Shown piece after piece: positions 55,511-63,977 of a DNA stretch of 64,000 bases (within the stretch, counting starts at the first letter, position 1; the number at the start of each line of letters is the position of its first letter). The DNA is from an archaeon GW2011_AR19 (lineage in GTDB: Archaea > Nanobdellota > Nanobdellia > Pacearchaeales > GW2011-AR1), in NCBI GenBank assembly GCA_000806015.1, contig JWKY01000001.1, forward strand, positions 43,569 through 107,568, read 5' to 3'. The notes beneath the pieces are model-generated. The model was not told where the DNA came from. It saw only the letters and a program-made list of their open reading frames with translations, and made no database searches. The position numbers and the translations under genes were made by a program.

Positions 55511-55690
55511 ATGTCTGGATTGCTCGGCTCCCGACCTCGCACGGGTTATTAATAAATTAAAATTACTCCCTACCACGAAGTCGCTCGGCTCCCAATCTCA
55601 CTCGGTTATTTCTATAATTTACCTAATTAATTTTCTCCTCCGTGAAGTCGCTCGTCGCAAGACGACTCGAATTTGGAAAAGATTATCTTC
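55511..55690. repeat. three degenerate ~34-nt GC-rich units (..gtcgctcggctccc..ggttatt) separated by 26-33-nt AT-rich spacers
   Basis: Units at 55517-55550, 55577-55610 and 55644-55676 (~75% pairwise identity). The motif ctcctccgtgaagtcgctcgtcg recurs at 58489-58510. Confidence 0.5.
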
Positions 55691-55836
55691 TAAACAGCTC
55701 TTTGATTATTAATAATTTCAATTGATTAATCCAGCTTCTAAAAATGTTGATAGTGATAATTTCTTTTTAGCGAAGAAATCTGCGCTTGCGCGATTTCGGA
55801 GCAAATAAATTTATTTTTCCTAAGGAAAAATGCAAA

Positions 55837-56268
55837 TCATCCAGTTTTCCCCTGATACTCAATCATCGTCCTTGTTATTTCTTCATTAATCTTTTCTAAT
55901 TCCCCTTCTAAACTTTCTCTAACTTTTTCTAATTTCAGTATCTGTTCCTGAATTAATTTTTTTGTTTGAGGAATTGATTTTTTAAGATAATTTTTATCCC
56001 CAATTCCAACAACCAGTTCTTCTGAGATAATTTTTGCTTTTGCAAATATTCCTGCGCCAACTGAAGCAAGAATTTCTTTATCTTTTTTTATTTCATCTAA
56101 TCCTAAATTCAGAGAAGTCATATCAAGAAGTGTCTGCTCAACAGCCTGCAATTGCTGCTGAATTGCAACTATCTGCTGTTCCATCATCTGAAATTTAAAT
56201 GTTAATTCTTGTTCTGCGTTTTTTTCCATATTAAACAATATCCCACCATTTTCTAAGTATTGCTCCAA
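55837..56268 (-). CDS. pfdA: prefoldin alpha-type subunit
   Basis: 143 aa. Coiled coil, central beta-hairpin region (ILASVGAGIFAKAKI...EELVVGIGDKNYLKK), then coiled coil. Q/E/L heptads. Confidence 0.55.
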   Translation of the reverse strand: MEQYLENGGILFNMEKNAEQELTFKFQMMEQQIVAIQQQLQAVEQTLLDMTSLNLGLDEIKKDKEILASVGAGIFAKAKIISEELVVGIGDKNYLKKSIPQTKKLIQEQILKLEKVRESLEGELEKINEEITRTMIEYQGKTG

Positions 56269-56995
56269 AAACTATTGCAAATAAAATATAAAATAAAAAC
56301 CAACTCATGCCTAACCATAATCTAATCGGTTCTCCAGCTATTTCTTCTGCAGCAATAAAATAATCTCCAAACCATCTGAAAAATAAAATAAATGGGATAC
56401 CTGTATAGGCAAGGGCACGCATGCTTAATTTCATTTGTTTTGGCATTAGTTTCCATTGTTTTTTTGTTAATTCCATTACCTTTTCAGGATGGTTTTTAAA
56501 TTCCTTCATTTGTTTTTGAATTTCTTTTTGTTCTTTTTTTAATTCTTTCAGAGCTTCTTGATTTGTCGCGTATTTCTGGACAATTGTCGTCAATAAAGTA
56601 ATCACAAAAACAACAATCAGCATTCCTATATTTAAATTCCAATCAAGCAGAAATCCTGCGCTTGGATTTAAAATATAATGAACAGAATTTTTTATTGCCG
56701 GCGTTTTATCCCATAAAGAAGCAATTAACAAGGAAGCCAGCATTATTATAATAATTAATGTAAAACCCCCTTCTCCTTTTTTATCTTTTAAATTAGGATG
56801 TTTTTTTTCAATTTCTTTAATTTTTTCTTCCTGAGCTTCAATTTCTTTTTTTCTGGTTTCAACTTCTTTAGAATGATTTTTTTCTTTTTTTAGCTCTTCA
56901 ACTTTTTTATCCAAAGCTTCTAAATCAGGCTCATACTTTTGAGTTGCAGGATTAAATTTTGTTGGAATTTCTATTGTCGTTTTATTATTTTCCAT
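56231..56995 (-). CDS. DUF106 / archaeal YidC-Oxa1-like membrane insertase family protein with Lys/Glu-rich N-terminal extension
   Basis: TM1, a basic coiled-coil segment (KELKKEQKEIQKQMKEFKN) and two C-terminal TM helices form the DUF106 architecture. Position downstream of secY is typical in archaea. Confidence 0.55.
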   Translation of the reverse strand: MENNKTTIEIPTKFNPATQKYEPDLEALDKKVEELKKEKNHSKEVETRKKEIEAQEEKIKEIEKKHPNLKDKKGEGGFTLIIIIMLASLLIASLWDKTPAIKNSVHYILNPSAGFLLDWNLNIGMLIVVFVITLLTTIVQKYATNQEALKELKKEQKEIQKQMKEFKNHPEKVMELTKKQWKLMPKQMKLSMRALAYTGIPFILFFRWFGDYFIAAEEIAGEPIRLWLGMSWFLFYILFAIVFGAILRKWWDIV

Positions 56996-58387
56996 TTAAT
57001 CGCCCCCCATGAATTTTCTCATTGCAGGATTCATATCCGTCATATGCTGCTGCGCAATGCTCTGATAAAACTGATGGAAAATCATGATTACTAATAAAAT
57101 AGAAGTTCCGCCGACTAAAGCCCCAAGCAGATTTGTAAATGAAGCAAGCAACCCAATTGCCGCCCCGCCCATCACGGTTAAAGGCATAATATATCTGTCT
57201 AAAATACTTTCTAAAATTCTTATATCTTGTCTGAATCCTGAAACCTGCAATCCTGATGAAGCAATTTTTTTAGCCTGACTTTTTGAATCCATTCCTGCTG
57301 TTTTAACCCAAAATACCGAGAATAAAGTAGCTAATCCCATATAAAATAAAATATGAATTAATGACTGGAGAAGATATTTCCATAAAAACCCGCCTCTTAT
57401 CAGTAACTCCAATAAATTAGTTGAGCCTATCCAAAAAGCCAAACCTGAAACTGCCTGGCCTCCTGCAAAACTTCCTAAAAATGTCGGACCTCCTCTCCAA
57501 TTTTCTATTAATCCTCCAAACAACTGAATATTTGCGACTAACGCTGCTGTTAAAATAACTGGAATTACCGACGCATAGAAAAAAGCCAAAGGCCATTTAA
57601 TTCCATATCCTCTTATTCTTCCGAATGATAATGGAATCTCAACTTTTAGAGACTGAGCCCAGACAACTATTAAGAAAATTGCAATTGTTGCCAGAATTGC
57701 AGCAAGCGCAGAAAGTATTTCTACAGGATATTTATTAATAATAGATTGAACTAAAACAAAAACTTTTCCGGAACATGGAGTATTGCCAAAATCAAGCAGA
57801 CAATTTTTCCCCTGTTGATTTATGAATTGAAATGCGCTTGTAAATAAAGTCCAGGAAACTCCTGCTCCGATAAATAAACTGACTCCTGAGCCAAAGCCCC
57901 ATTTTTCGCAAACTTCATTCATATAAAAAATAGCCAAGCCTCCTAAAATTAATTGAAAAATTACAATCCCCATTAATCCCGGCGCAGCTTCTAATCCTTT
58001 CATTGCCACATAAACAATTGATTCAAATAATATAAAAAAGAAAACTAAAATTTTTTGAATTCCCTGAAAAAATTTTCTTCCTTCAGGCGTCGTTGTATCA
58101 ATATTTAATATTCCAGAACCAGCAAGCAACTGCAGAATAATAGAACCCATAACAATCGGTCCGATTCCCAACGAGATTATACTTCCAAAATCAGTAGCAA
58201 GCAAAACAGCGAGGAATTCAAATCTTTCAAGCGCATTATTAGAAAGCCCGAATAAAGGGATATTTGCTAAAATGAAAAATGCAGCAAGAATTATTAGTGT
58301 CCATTTTAATTTTATATTAAAGCCTAATTTTTTTTCTTCCGGTTTTCTAACTTCCGGAATCCAACTGAAAATTTTAGTTAAATTCAT
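56996..58387 (-). CDS. secY: preprotein translocase subunit SecY
   Basis: 463 aa with 10 TM helices. The conserved plug/TM2 region is GIGPIVMGSIILQLLAGSGI. It follows rpl15 in the archaeal spc cluster. Confidence 0.9.
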   Translation of the reverse strand: MNLTKIFSWIPEVRKPEEKKLGFNIKLKWTLIILAAFFILANIPLFGLSNNALERFEFLAVLLATDFGSIISLGIGPIVMGSIILQLLAGSGILNIDTTTPEGRKFFQGIQKILVFFFILFESIVYVAMKGLEAAPGLMGIVIFQLILGGLAIFYMNEVCEKWGFGSGVSLFIGAGVSWTLFTSAFQFINQQGKNCLLDFGNTPCSGKVFVLVQSIINKYPVEILSALAAILATIAIFLIVVWAQSLKVEIPLSFGRIRGYGIKWPLAFFYASVIPVILTAALVANIQLFGGLIENWRGGPTFLGSFAGGQAVSGLAFWIGSTNLLELLIRGGFLWKYLLQSLIHILFYMGLATLFSVFWVKTAGMDSKSQAKKIASSGLQVSGFRQDIRILESILDRYIMPLTVMGGAAIGLLASFTNLLGALVGGTSILLVIMIFHQFYQSIAQQHMTDMNPAMRKFMGGD

Positions 58388-58439
58388 TAGATATTCAATA
58401 AAAATTAGCTTTTAAATTTAGTTATTTTTAGATTTTGTC

Positions 58440-58540
58440 TCTGAAATTGCTCGTCGCTTTCGCTCCTCTACTCGCGCCCTCACTCAGAAATAAAAATTGA
58501 TAATTTACCCTCCGTGAAAGCGCTCGGATTTATTTGTCTT
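58440..58540. repeat. second locus of the GC-rich repeat family
   Basis: gaaattgctcgtcgctttcgctcctc... and ccctccgtgaaagcgctcgg match units in 55511-55690. Confidence 0.45.
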
Positions 58541-58629
58541 CTACATAGACGGCTTTTTATTAATCTTAGTTATTAAAATATTTTCTTACATAATAATCTT
58601 CTTAATTTCTTCATTTTTTCTTTAACATT

Positions 58630-58690
58630 CTTATTTTTCAGCTCAACCAAAAAGATTAAATAATCTTATTTATTATGTTTTTTATGGAAA
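58630..58690 (+). promoter_or_regulatory. ~60-bp element duplicated at 59285..59347; precedes the ATG of small ORFs (putative shared promoter/5' leader)
   Basis: ttcttatttttcagctcaaccaaaaagattaaataatcttatttattatgttttttATGGAAA versus ttcttattttttcagctgaaccaaaaagattaaataatcttttttattataatttttATGGAAA. Confidence 0.45.
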
Positions 58691-58855
58691 AACAAACATT
58701 TGTAACAAGAGAAGAACTAAATGAATTTATGAGACAGCTTGAGAGTATGAAATCTACAATTGAAATTCTGCAAGATAAAGAAATGATGGGTCAGCATAAA
58801 GAGAGTGAAAAACTTTTAAAAGAGGGTGTTGAACTTGAAGAATTTAAATATTAAT
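58676..58855 (+). CDS. small hypothetical protein (59 aa; probably starts at second ATG 58685), possible antitoxin-like
   Basis: Not in the ORF track. MEKQTFVTREELNEFMRQLESMKSTIEILQDKEMMGQHKESEKLLKEGVELEEFKY. Same upstream element as the DUF433 gene. Its 3' end overlaps the convergent RelE gene by 5 nt. Confidence 0.25.
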
Positions 58856-59108
58856 ATATTTTATGCGTTCCTACGGCAGTTATTATAATTATTTCATTTA
58901 AATCATCAATTATGTACATTGTTCTTATATTTGAACCGAGCCAACAAGCCCATTTTCCTTCAAGTTTTCCCTTAAGAGGATGAGCCCCGCAATTTTTTCT
59001 GGGGTTTTCTTTTAGAGAATCTAATTTTTTCCTGATGTTTTCTCTTTGTTGAATATAGCTTTCTAATTTATTCATCACCTTTTTATTTGGTATTGATATC
59101 TTATACAT
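58851..59108 (-). CDS. RelE/StbE-family toxin
   Basis: LKENPRKNCGAHPLKGKLEGKWACWLGSNIRTMYIIDDLNEIIIITAVGTHKIY matches L..NP...G..L.G.L.G.W..R.G.NYRIIY.IDD.....I..IGHRK.IY. Confidence 0.6.
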   Translation of the reverse strand: MYKISIPNKKVMNKLESYIQQRENIRKKLDSLKENPRKNCGAHPLKGKLEGKWACWLGSNIRTMYIIDDLNEIIIITAVGTHKIY

Positions 59109-59284
59109 AATAAATAAAACAGATTTTTATTTTTAAATGCATGGACTAAAAGATTATAAAGGGGTTATTGAGAAAATTGGAAAATACTTTGAGTCAATGG
59201 ACAGCAAATATTATTCTGAATTAGAAGGAAAACCGGACGATATGGAAGAATTAGTTAAGTATTTGAATAATCTTAAAATTTAAT

Positions 59285-59347
59285 TCTTATTTTTTCAGCT
59301 GAACCAAAAAGATTAAATAATCTTTTTTATTATAATTTTTATGGAAA
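59285..59347 (+). promoter_or_regulatory. second copy of the ~60-bp duplicated upstream element
   Basis: See 58630..58690. Immediately precedes the DUF433 start codon. Confidence 0.45.
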
Positions 59348-59577
59348 TCAAGATTAATAATTTTATTGTAGCTGATAGTAATGTTTGTGGGGGAAAACCC
59401 GTATTTAAGGGGACACGAATCATGGTTTGGCAGATTCTTGAACTTCTTGGTTCAGGAGTCAGTATTGACGAAATTCTTAAAAATTACTTTCCACAGCTTA
59501 CAAAAAAAGCAATTTTATCTGTTTTGAATTATGCATCAAAAGTTATGGAAGAAGAAAAATGTGTTTCCCTTAATTAA
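59341..59577 (+). CDS. DUF433-family protein (antitoxin-like partner of DUF5615)
   Basis: ADSNVCGGKPVFKGTRIMVWQILELLGSGVSIDEILKNYFPQLTKKAILSVLNYA matches the DUF433 pattern (dp.v..GkPvi.GTRi.v..vl..l..G.s.eeil..YP.Lt.e.i.aal.YA). Confidence 0.65.
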   Translation: MEIKINNFIVADSNVCGGKPVFKGTRIMVWQILELLGSGVSIDEILKNYFPQLTKKAILSVLNYASKVMEEEKCVSLN

Positions 59578-59908
59578 AATTATTTCTGATGAGAATATTC
59601 CCGTAAAACTAACATAATTATTAAAAGAAAAAGGCTTTGACATAATAAAAGCCCCTTTAAAATCAACTGACAAACAAATTTCCAAAATAGCTAAAAAAGA
59701 ATCAAGGATAATTTTGACTTTTGATAAACATTTTATTAATAAAAGATTGTTTAGTCTAAAAGAACATTTTGGAATTATTTTTATCCAGATACATCCTCCT
59801 TTAATTGATGTAGTTTTTCATTCTTTAATAAAATTATTTAATGTAGTCGATAATTTTGAAGAAAGATTATTTATCTTATCTGAACAAGGCTTTAAGATTA
59901 AAGGATAA
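59573..59908 (+). pseudogene. DUF5615 (Mut7-C/PIN-like) toxin gene interrupted by in-frame TAA at 59615..59617
   Basis: Same frame throughout: IKIISDENIPVKLT*LLKEKGFDIIKAPLKS...ILTFDKHF... matches DUF5615 (DENLP..L...L...GHD...V.......D..I...A..E.R.L.T.DKDF). The stop replaces the conserved E/W position and there is no ATG. Confidence 0.5.
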
Positions 59909-59909
59909 A

Positions 59910-60392
59910 TTATTTTTCTTCTTTTTCCTTTTTCTCTCCAACTTTCTTCTCAGGCAAAATTATCTTCCCGCCAGCTTTTTCAACTTTTTCTATTGCTGAG
60001 CCAGAAGAGCTTTGAGCTGTAATAATTAATTTCTTTTTAATTTCCAACTGCCCTGCCAAAATTTTGTAAGAATTTAAATTAATTTCATAAGCATCGCCTT
60101 TTCTCTTTCCAAAACTTTCTAAATTTTTATAGATTGAATCTAGATTTATCCTCTTTCTTTTATCTCTTTCTGTTTTTTTACTGGTTATTCCCTGCTTTCC
60201 AAAATAGTCATGCCCGTAAAGTTTTAAGATTAATGTTTTTTTCTGGTCTGCTCTTTTTCCTGTTCCGGCCATTCCTTTTCCTCCCCTATGACCAGAACCT
60301 TTCATTTTTTTTCTGGCGCCGGTTCCGCAAGTTCCCCTTTTTCTTCCGTGGTATCTTGATGATTTTTTTCGTTTTTTAGTTTTTATTGACAT
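59910..60392 (-). CDS. rpl15: 50S ribosomal protein L15 (uL15)
   Basis: Gly/Lys/Arg-rich N-terminus with HRGGKGMAGTGKR. Position between L30 and secY. Confidence 0.85.
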   Translation of the reverse strand: MSIKTKKRKKSSRYHGRKRGTCGTGARKKMKGSGHRGGKGMAGTGKRADQKKTLILKLYGHDYFGKQGITSKKTERDKRKRINLDSIYKNLESFGKRKGDAYEINLNSYKILAGQLEIKKKLIITAQSSSGSAIEKVEKAGGKIILPEKKVGEKKEKEEK

Positions 60393-60462
60393 TTACAGCA
60401 CCCTCTCGTTCGACCACGCTTGGGCGGACGACTGAATGATTTGAATTATTTTGTATATCATT

Positions 60463-60831
60463 TCAAATCATCCTCTCTATTAATTTATTAATATGTTCTT
60501 TATTATTCCCTAAAACGCCTTTTCCTATTCCAAAATGTTTCTTTGACTCAATTCCTTTTCGCGGCGGATGCAGTCTAAATGTTGGATTATTTGGTTTTCC
60601 TCTTGCTTTTTTTAATTTTTCATAAGTTTCCTGATTAATTTCTCCAAAAGCAACAAAATCGCTTACAAATTTCACCATCCCTAATTGAGAATTATTTGGA
60701 TTTTCAAGAACGACGCAACTATATTTTTTCTTAATTCTAAGCCTGTCTAAAGTTTCTTTTATTTTTATATTAATCCCTACTTGACCTACAATTCTAATTA
60801 TTGCAATTTGAGTTTTAATTTCTGGTTTCAT
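60463..60831 (-). CDS. rpl30: 50S ribosomal protein L30 (uL30)
   Basis: IAIIRIVGQVGINIKIKETLDRLRIKKKYSCVVL ferredoxin-like L30 fold signature. Position between S5 and L15. Confidence 0.8.
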   Translation of the reverse strand: MKPEIKTQIAIIRIVGQVGINIKIKETLDRLRIKKKYSCVVLENPNNSQLGMVKFVSDFVAFGEINQETYEKLKKARGKPNNPTFRLHPPRKGIESKKHFGIGKGVLGNNKEHINKLIERMI

Positions 60832-61657
60832 TTTTAATTTGTATTTTATTTGTTTTTTTTAGAGCATCAATACAGGCTTTAACTAAATTAAAAGCCGTTT
60901 TAGTTTTTCCTGAAGTTCTGCTATAAATATCTTTAATCCCGGCAAGTTTCAAAACTTTTTTTAATTCATTTGCGACCACTAAACCGGTTCCTTGAGGAGC
61001 GGGGACTAATTTTATTCCCACACTTCCGGATTTCCCAGTAATTTTAAATGGAACGGTGTGCAACTCCTGGCAGTCACAGTCAAATGCGGAACATCCCCTT
61101 TTAATTTTGAAAATATTTAATTTAGCCTGGCGAAGTGATTTATTTCTTGCAGGAAGTGTTTCAGTTGAATTTCCGGTTCCAATACCGATATGGCCATTTT
61201 CATCTCCAACAACCGCCATTGCAGAAAATTTTAAAACATTTCCCTCCTGGGTTTTTCTTTGAGTTTGTCTCCAAGCGCGCCTTTTGCCGCCGCCAAATTT
61301 ACCTTTTGCTTGTCCAATTGAAATTAAATCTGTTTTAAGAGTTAATAATGAATCTACAATTTCCGACTCAAGAATTTTTTCATCTTTATCTAAAATTTCA
61401 TCTATGTTTTTTATTTTTCCATCTTTAACTTTTCTGCCTAATTTTGTTTTTGGGTCCCAGGATTCCATAGAAAATTGTTCTTTTTCCCAAGGTTTTTTAA
61501 AAGTTTTTTCTTTAATCGGAACTTCAGCTTCTTTTTTTAGTTCTTCTATTTCTTTTATTTCCTCTTCGTTTAAAACTTCTTCGGGCTTCTCAGCATATTC
61601 ATCTGCTGATTTTTCTTCTCCGGAAGAAGCCCCCTTGGGGCCAATTATTTTTTTCAT
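60815..61657 (-). CDS. rps5: 30S ribosomal protein S5 (uS5) with ~55-aa acidic/basic N-terminal extension
   Basis: WDPKTKLGRKV...VVGDENGHIGIGTGNS...GSVGIKLVPAPQGTGLVVANELKKVLKLAGIKD. Confidence 0.9.
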   Translation of the reverse strand: MKKIIGPKGASSGEEKSADEYAEKPEEVLNEEEIKEIEELKKEAEVPIKEKTFKKPWEKEQFSMESWDPKTKLGRKVKDGKIKNIDEILDKDEKILESEIVDSLLTLKTDLISIGQAKGKFGGGKRRAWRQTQRKTQEGNVLKFSAMAVVGDENGHIGIGTGNSTETLPARNKSLRQAKLNIFKIKRGCSAFDCDCQELHTVPFKITGKSGSVGIKLVPAPQGTGLVVANELKKVLKLAGIKDIYSRTSGKTKTAFNLVKACIDALKKTNKIQIKNETRN

Positions 61658-61693
61658 TTTATTTTTTGTTTACACCATTTAGGTTGTTCCATT

Positions 61694-62176
61694 TTAATTT
61701 TTATCCATTTTAGATTTAATTTCATCAAAAGATATTTTATTTTTTAGATGTTCCCCTTTTATTCTTGATTCATCCGGAAAATTTTCTTTTTCACATTCTA
61801 TTTTAATTCCGGAATCAATTAATCCTTTAATAAAAGCGTAGACTTTTGTTTTGTGCAACACCCTCGTCATCCCAAAATCAACAATTGGCTGACCTAATTT
61901 TTTTGATAAAATTTTCTTCCCAAAAAGATAGCCTGTTAAATAAGATGCAGGAATTGACTTAATGCTTTCTTTTTCCGACCAACCATATTTTAATAATTCT
62001 TTTGAATCAATTCCAAATATTATTTTATCCTGCGCCTCTTTGCTGACAACATACTGGGCAATTAAATATCTGTTTGTTTTTCTAAAAATAATCCTCGGTA
62101 AACTGCCTTTTAATAATTCAAATCTTTTTTTATAATCTGTTTTGTATTCTTTTCTTCTGCGTTTTAAATTTTTCAT
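61694..62176 (-). CDS. rpl18: 50S ribosomal protein L18 (uL18)
   Basis: RRRKEYKTDYKKRFELLKGSLPRIIFRKTNRYLIAQ matches the archaeal L18 N-terminus. Confidence 0.85.
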   Translation of the reverse strand: MKNLKRRRKEYKTDYKKRFELLKGSLPRIIFRKTNRYLIAQYVVSKEAQDKIIFGIDSKELLKYGWSEKESIKSIPASYLTGYLFGKKILSKKLGQPIVDFGMTRVLHKTKVYAFIKGLIDSGIKIECEKENFPDESRIKGEHLKNKISFDEIKSKMDKN

Positions 62177-62607
62177 TTTTTATTTAAACCCCTCATATAT
62201 TTTTTAAGATCCGCCTTATTTTTAAATTCACGATTTCTTATTTTTTTTCTTATTTTTTCAAAATCTTCTTTGCTTATTTGAGAGGCTGTTCTTTCCGCAT
62301 ATCCTCTCAGTTTTCTTGTAATGATTACATATTCTTCTTTTCTTTTTTTAGCCATTTTTCTTATATTTCCGGCGCTTCTTCTTCCTTTTCTTTCAATTTT
62401 TTTTCTTCCTTTAATTTTTTTGAGAATTATTGCTCCGCTGGCAACTAAATCTCTAATATCTTGTTTCGTAATGGCTTCTTTAATTTCATCTTTTCTTGAT
62501 TCTATAAATACAATTCTCTTTTTTCCAATGCCAAAAGTTCTTGCTATCAATTCTTTTTTATTTCTGAGGTTCATTATGAAAAACTCCTGTTTTTTATCAT
62601 TATGCAA
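62173..62607 (-). CDS. rpl19e: 50S ribosomal protein L19e
   Basis: TFGIGKKRIVFIESRKDEI...IRDLVASGAIILKKIKGRKK...KGRRSAGNIRKMAKKRKEEY. Confidence 0.85.
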   Translation of the reverse strand: MHNDKKQEFFIMNLRNKKELIARTFGIGKKRIVFIESRKDEIKEAITKQDIRDLVASGAIILKKIKGRKKIERKGRRSAGNIRKMAKKRKEEYVIITRKLRGYAERTASQISKEDFEKIRKKIRNREFKNKADLKKYMRGLNKK

Positions 62608-62673
62608 AATTTCCTGTTTTGTATCACTATGAAAAACTCCTGTTTTTTATTTTGGAAAATTTATTTTTCATTT

Positions 62674-63063
62674 TTATGTTTTTTTAATCTCATTTTTTGG
62701 TTTCGTGTTTAATTTCAAAAATTTTTCAGGATTCATATTATATAATTCAATTTTCATTTCTTTTGCTTTATTTGCTATTTCAATTTTTTTCTTTTTTCCA
62801 ACTCCCCCAATTATTGCGATTTCATTTTCTTTTATTTTTTCTAATTCTCTTAGATTATTAATTTTTACAGGTTTTTTATCCATTAATTTATCTCTTGATT
62901 TTTTGTTTGACCTGTAACCTATACTAACTACTGCAGGATAGCCTTTTCTTTTTTCTCTCATTTTATTATCCCTTCCAGTAGGCTTTCTCCAAACTTGTTT
63001 TTTCTTTCTTCTTTTTCCAAGTTTAGAATATCTGCTCCAGGTTCTTCTTAAAAATTTGACCAT
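62674..63063 (-). CDS. rpl32e: 50S ribosomal protein L32e
   Basis: FLRRTWSRYSKLGKRRKKKQVWRKPTGRDNKMR...GYPAVVSIGYRSNKKSR. Confidence 0.85.
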   Translation of the reverse strand: MVKFLRRTWSRYSKLGKRRKKKQVWRKPTGRDNKMREKRKGYPAVVSIGYRSNKKSRDKLMDKKPVKINNLRELEKIKENEIAIIGGVGKKKKIEIANKAKEMKIELYNMNPEKFLKLNTKPKNEIKKT

Positions 63064-63064
63064 T

Positions 63065-63613
63065 TTAAATTAATTTTCCCGATTTATTTATAATATAGAT
63101 CCCATCTTGAAAAATTCTTCTGTCTTTATTCCTTACTTTTGTTATTTTTTCTAAATTTGCAGCGGTCTGTCCGGCAACCTCTTTGTTTACAGAAGTTACG
63201 GTAATTATGTCTTTATCCAATTTAACTTCTACCTTTTTTGGGAGTTCAACTTTTCTGTCAACTTTTTCACCGAGAAAATTCTTGATTATTGCTTTATTTT
63301 CTTCAAATTTTACGGTCATGGGAAAGTGGCTTGAACATATTTTTAGTTTATATTCAAATTTTTTCTTAACCCCCAGAATCATATTCTTAATATGCGCAGT
63401 AGAAGTATTAATTATTTTTTTCTCTTTTTTTGTCATCCTGTCGCAGCTAAAAATTAATTTTTTCTCTTTTTTTTCTAAATTAATTTTTCCAAGATTAAAT
63501 TCTCTGGAATTTTCTCCTTCGGGGCCTTTAACAACCAATTCATTTCCTTTCATTTCTGCTTCCACTCCTTCGGGAATCTCAATTTCTTGATTCATTTTAA
63601 TAAAAATATGCAA
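63065..63613 (-). CDS. rpl6: 50S ribosomal protein L6 (uL6)
   Basis: IPEGVEAEMKGNELVVKGPEGE...HFPMTVKFEENKAIIKNFLGEK has the two-domain L6 pattern. Confidence 0.85.
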   Translation of the reverse strand: MHIFIKMNQEIEIPEGVEAEMKGNELVVKGPEGENSREFNLGKINLEKKEKKLIFSCDRMTKKEKKIINTSTAHIKNMILGVKKKFEYKLKICSSHFPMTVKFEENKAIIKNFLGEKVDRKVELPKKVEVKLDKDIITVTSVNKEVAGQTAANLEKITKVRNKDRRIFQDGIYIINKSGKLI

Positions 63614-63977
63614 TTAAGCATCCTCCTATTTTCTCATTTTCAGCTTCTTTATGCGTCATTAAACCTTTGTTTGTGGAGATAATTAAAACTCCTAAGTTTC
63701 TAGAAGGCAAATATCTTTGTTTATATTTTTCAATATCTTCTTTTGTAACAGTAAATCGCGGTTTAACTGATTTGCATTCGGATAATTCCCCAATCGTTAT
63801 TTGAATAGATTTTTCATCGGGATCTATCCTATATCTTTTGATTGCGTTTTCTTGTTTCATTATTTTTAGAACTTCTATTAAAAGATTTGAAATCCTATTT
63901 ATCTTTATGATTTCTTTTCCTGCTCTCTTTGCATTTTTAATCATATTCAATGCATCAGCAACAACATCATGCGACAT
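63597..63977 (-). CDS. rps8: 30S ribosomal protein S8 (uS8)
   Basis: MSHDVVADALNMIKNAKRAGKEII...GGCLIAYFY C-terminus. Confidence 0.85.
   Translation of the reverse strand: MSHDVVADALNMIKNAKRAGKEIIKINRISNLLIEVLKIMKQENAIKRYRIDPDEKSIQITIGELSECKSVKPRFTVTKEDIEKYKQRYLPSRNLGVLIISTNKGLMTHKEAENEKIGGCLIAYFY

Noticed and set aside
55517-55676. CRISPR-like periodicity (three ~34-nt units with 26-33-nt spacers).
   Set aside because: Units are only ~75% identical to each other, there are just three, no cas genes are within 64 kb, and similar motifs recur singly at 58440..58540. This fits a degenerate repeat/structured element better than a CRISPR array.
59615-59617. In-frame TAA in the DUF5615 toxin as possible stop-codon reassignment.
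   Set aside because: TAA terminates many confidently called genes in this window (e.g. r-protein genes, aminotransferases). A single nonsense mutation is the simpler explanation.
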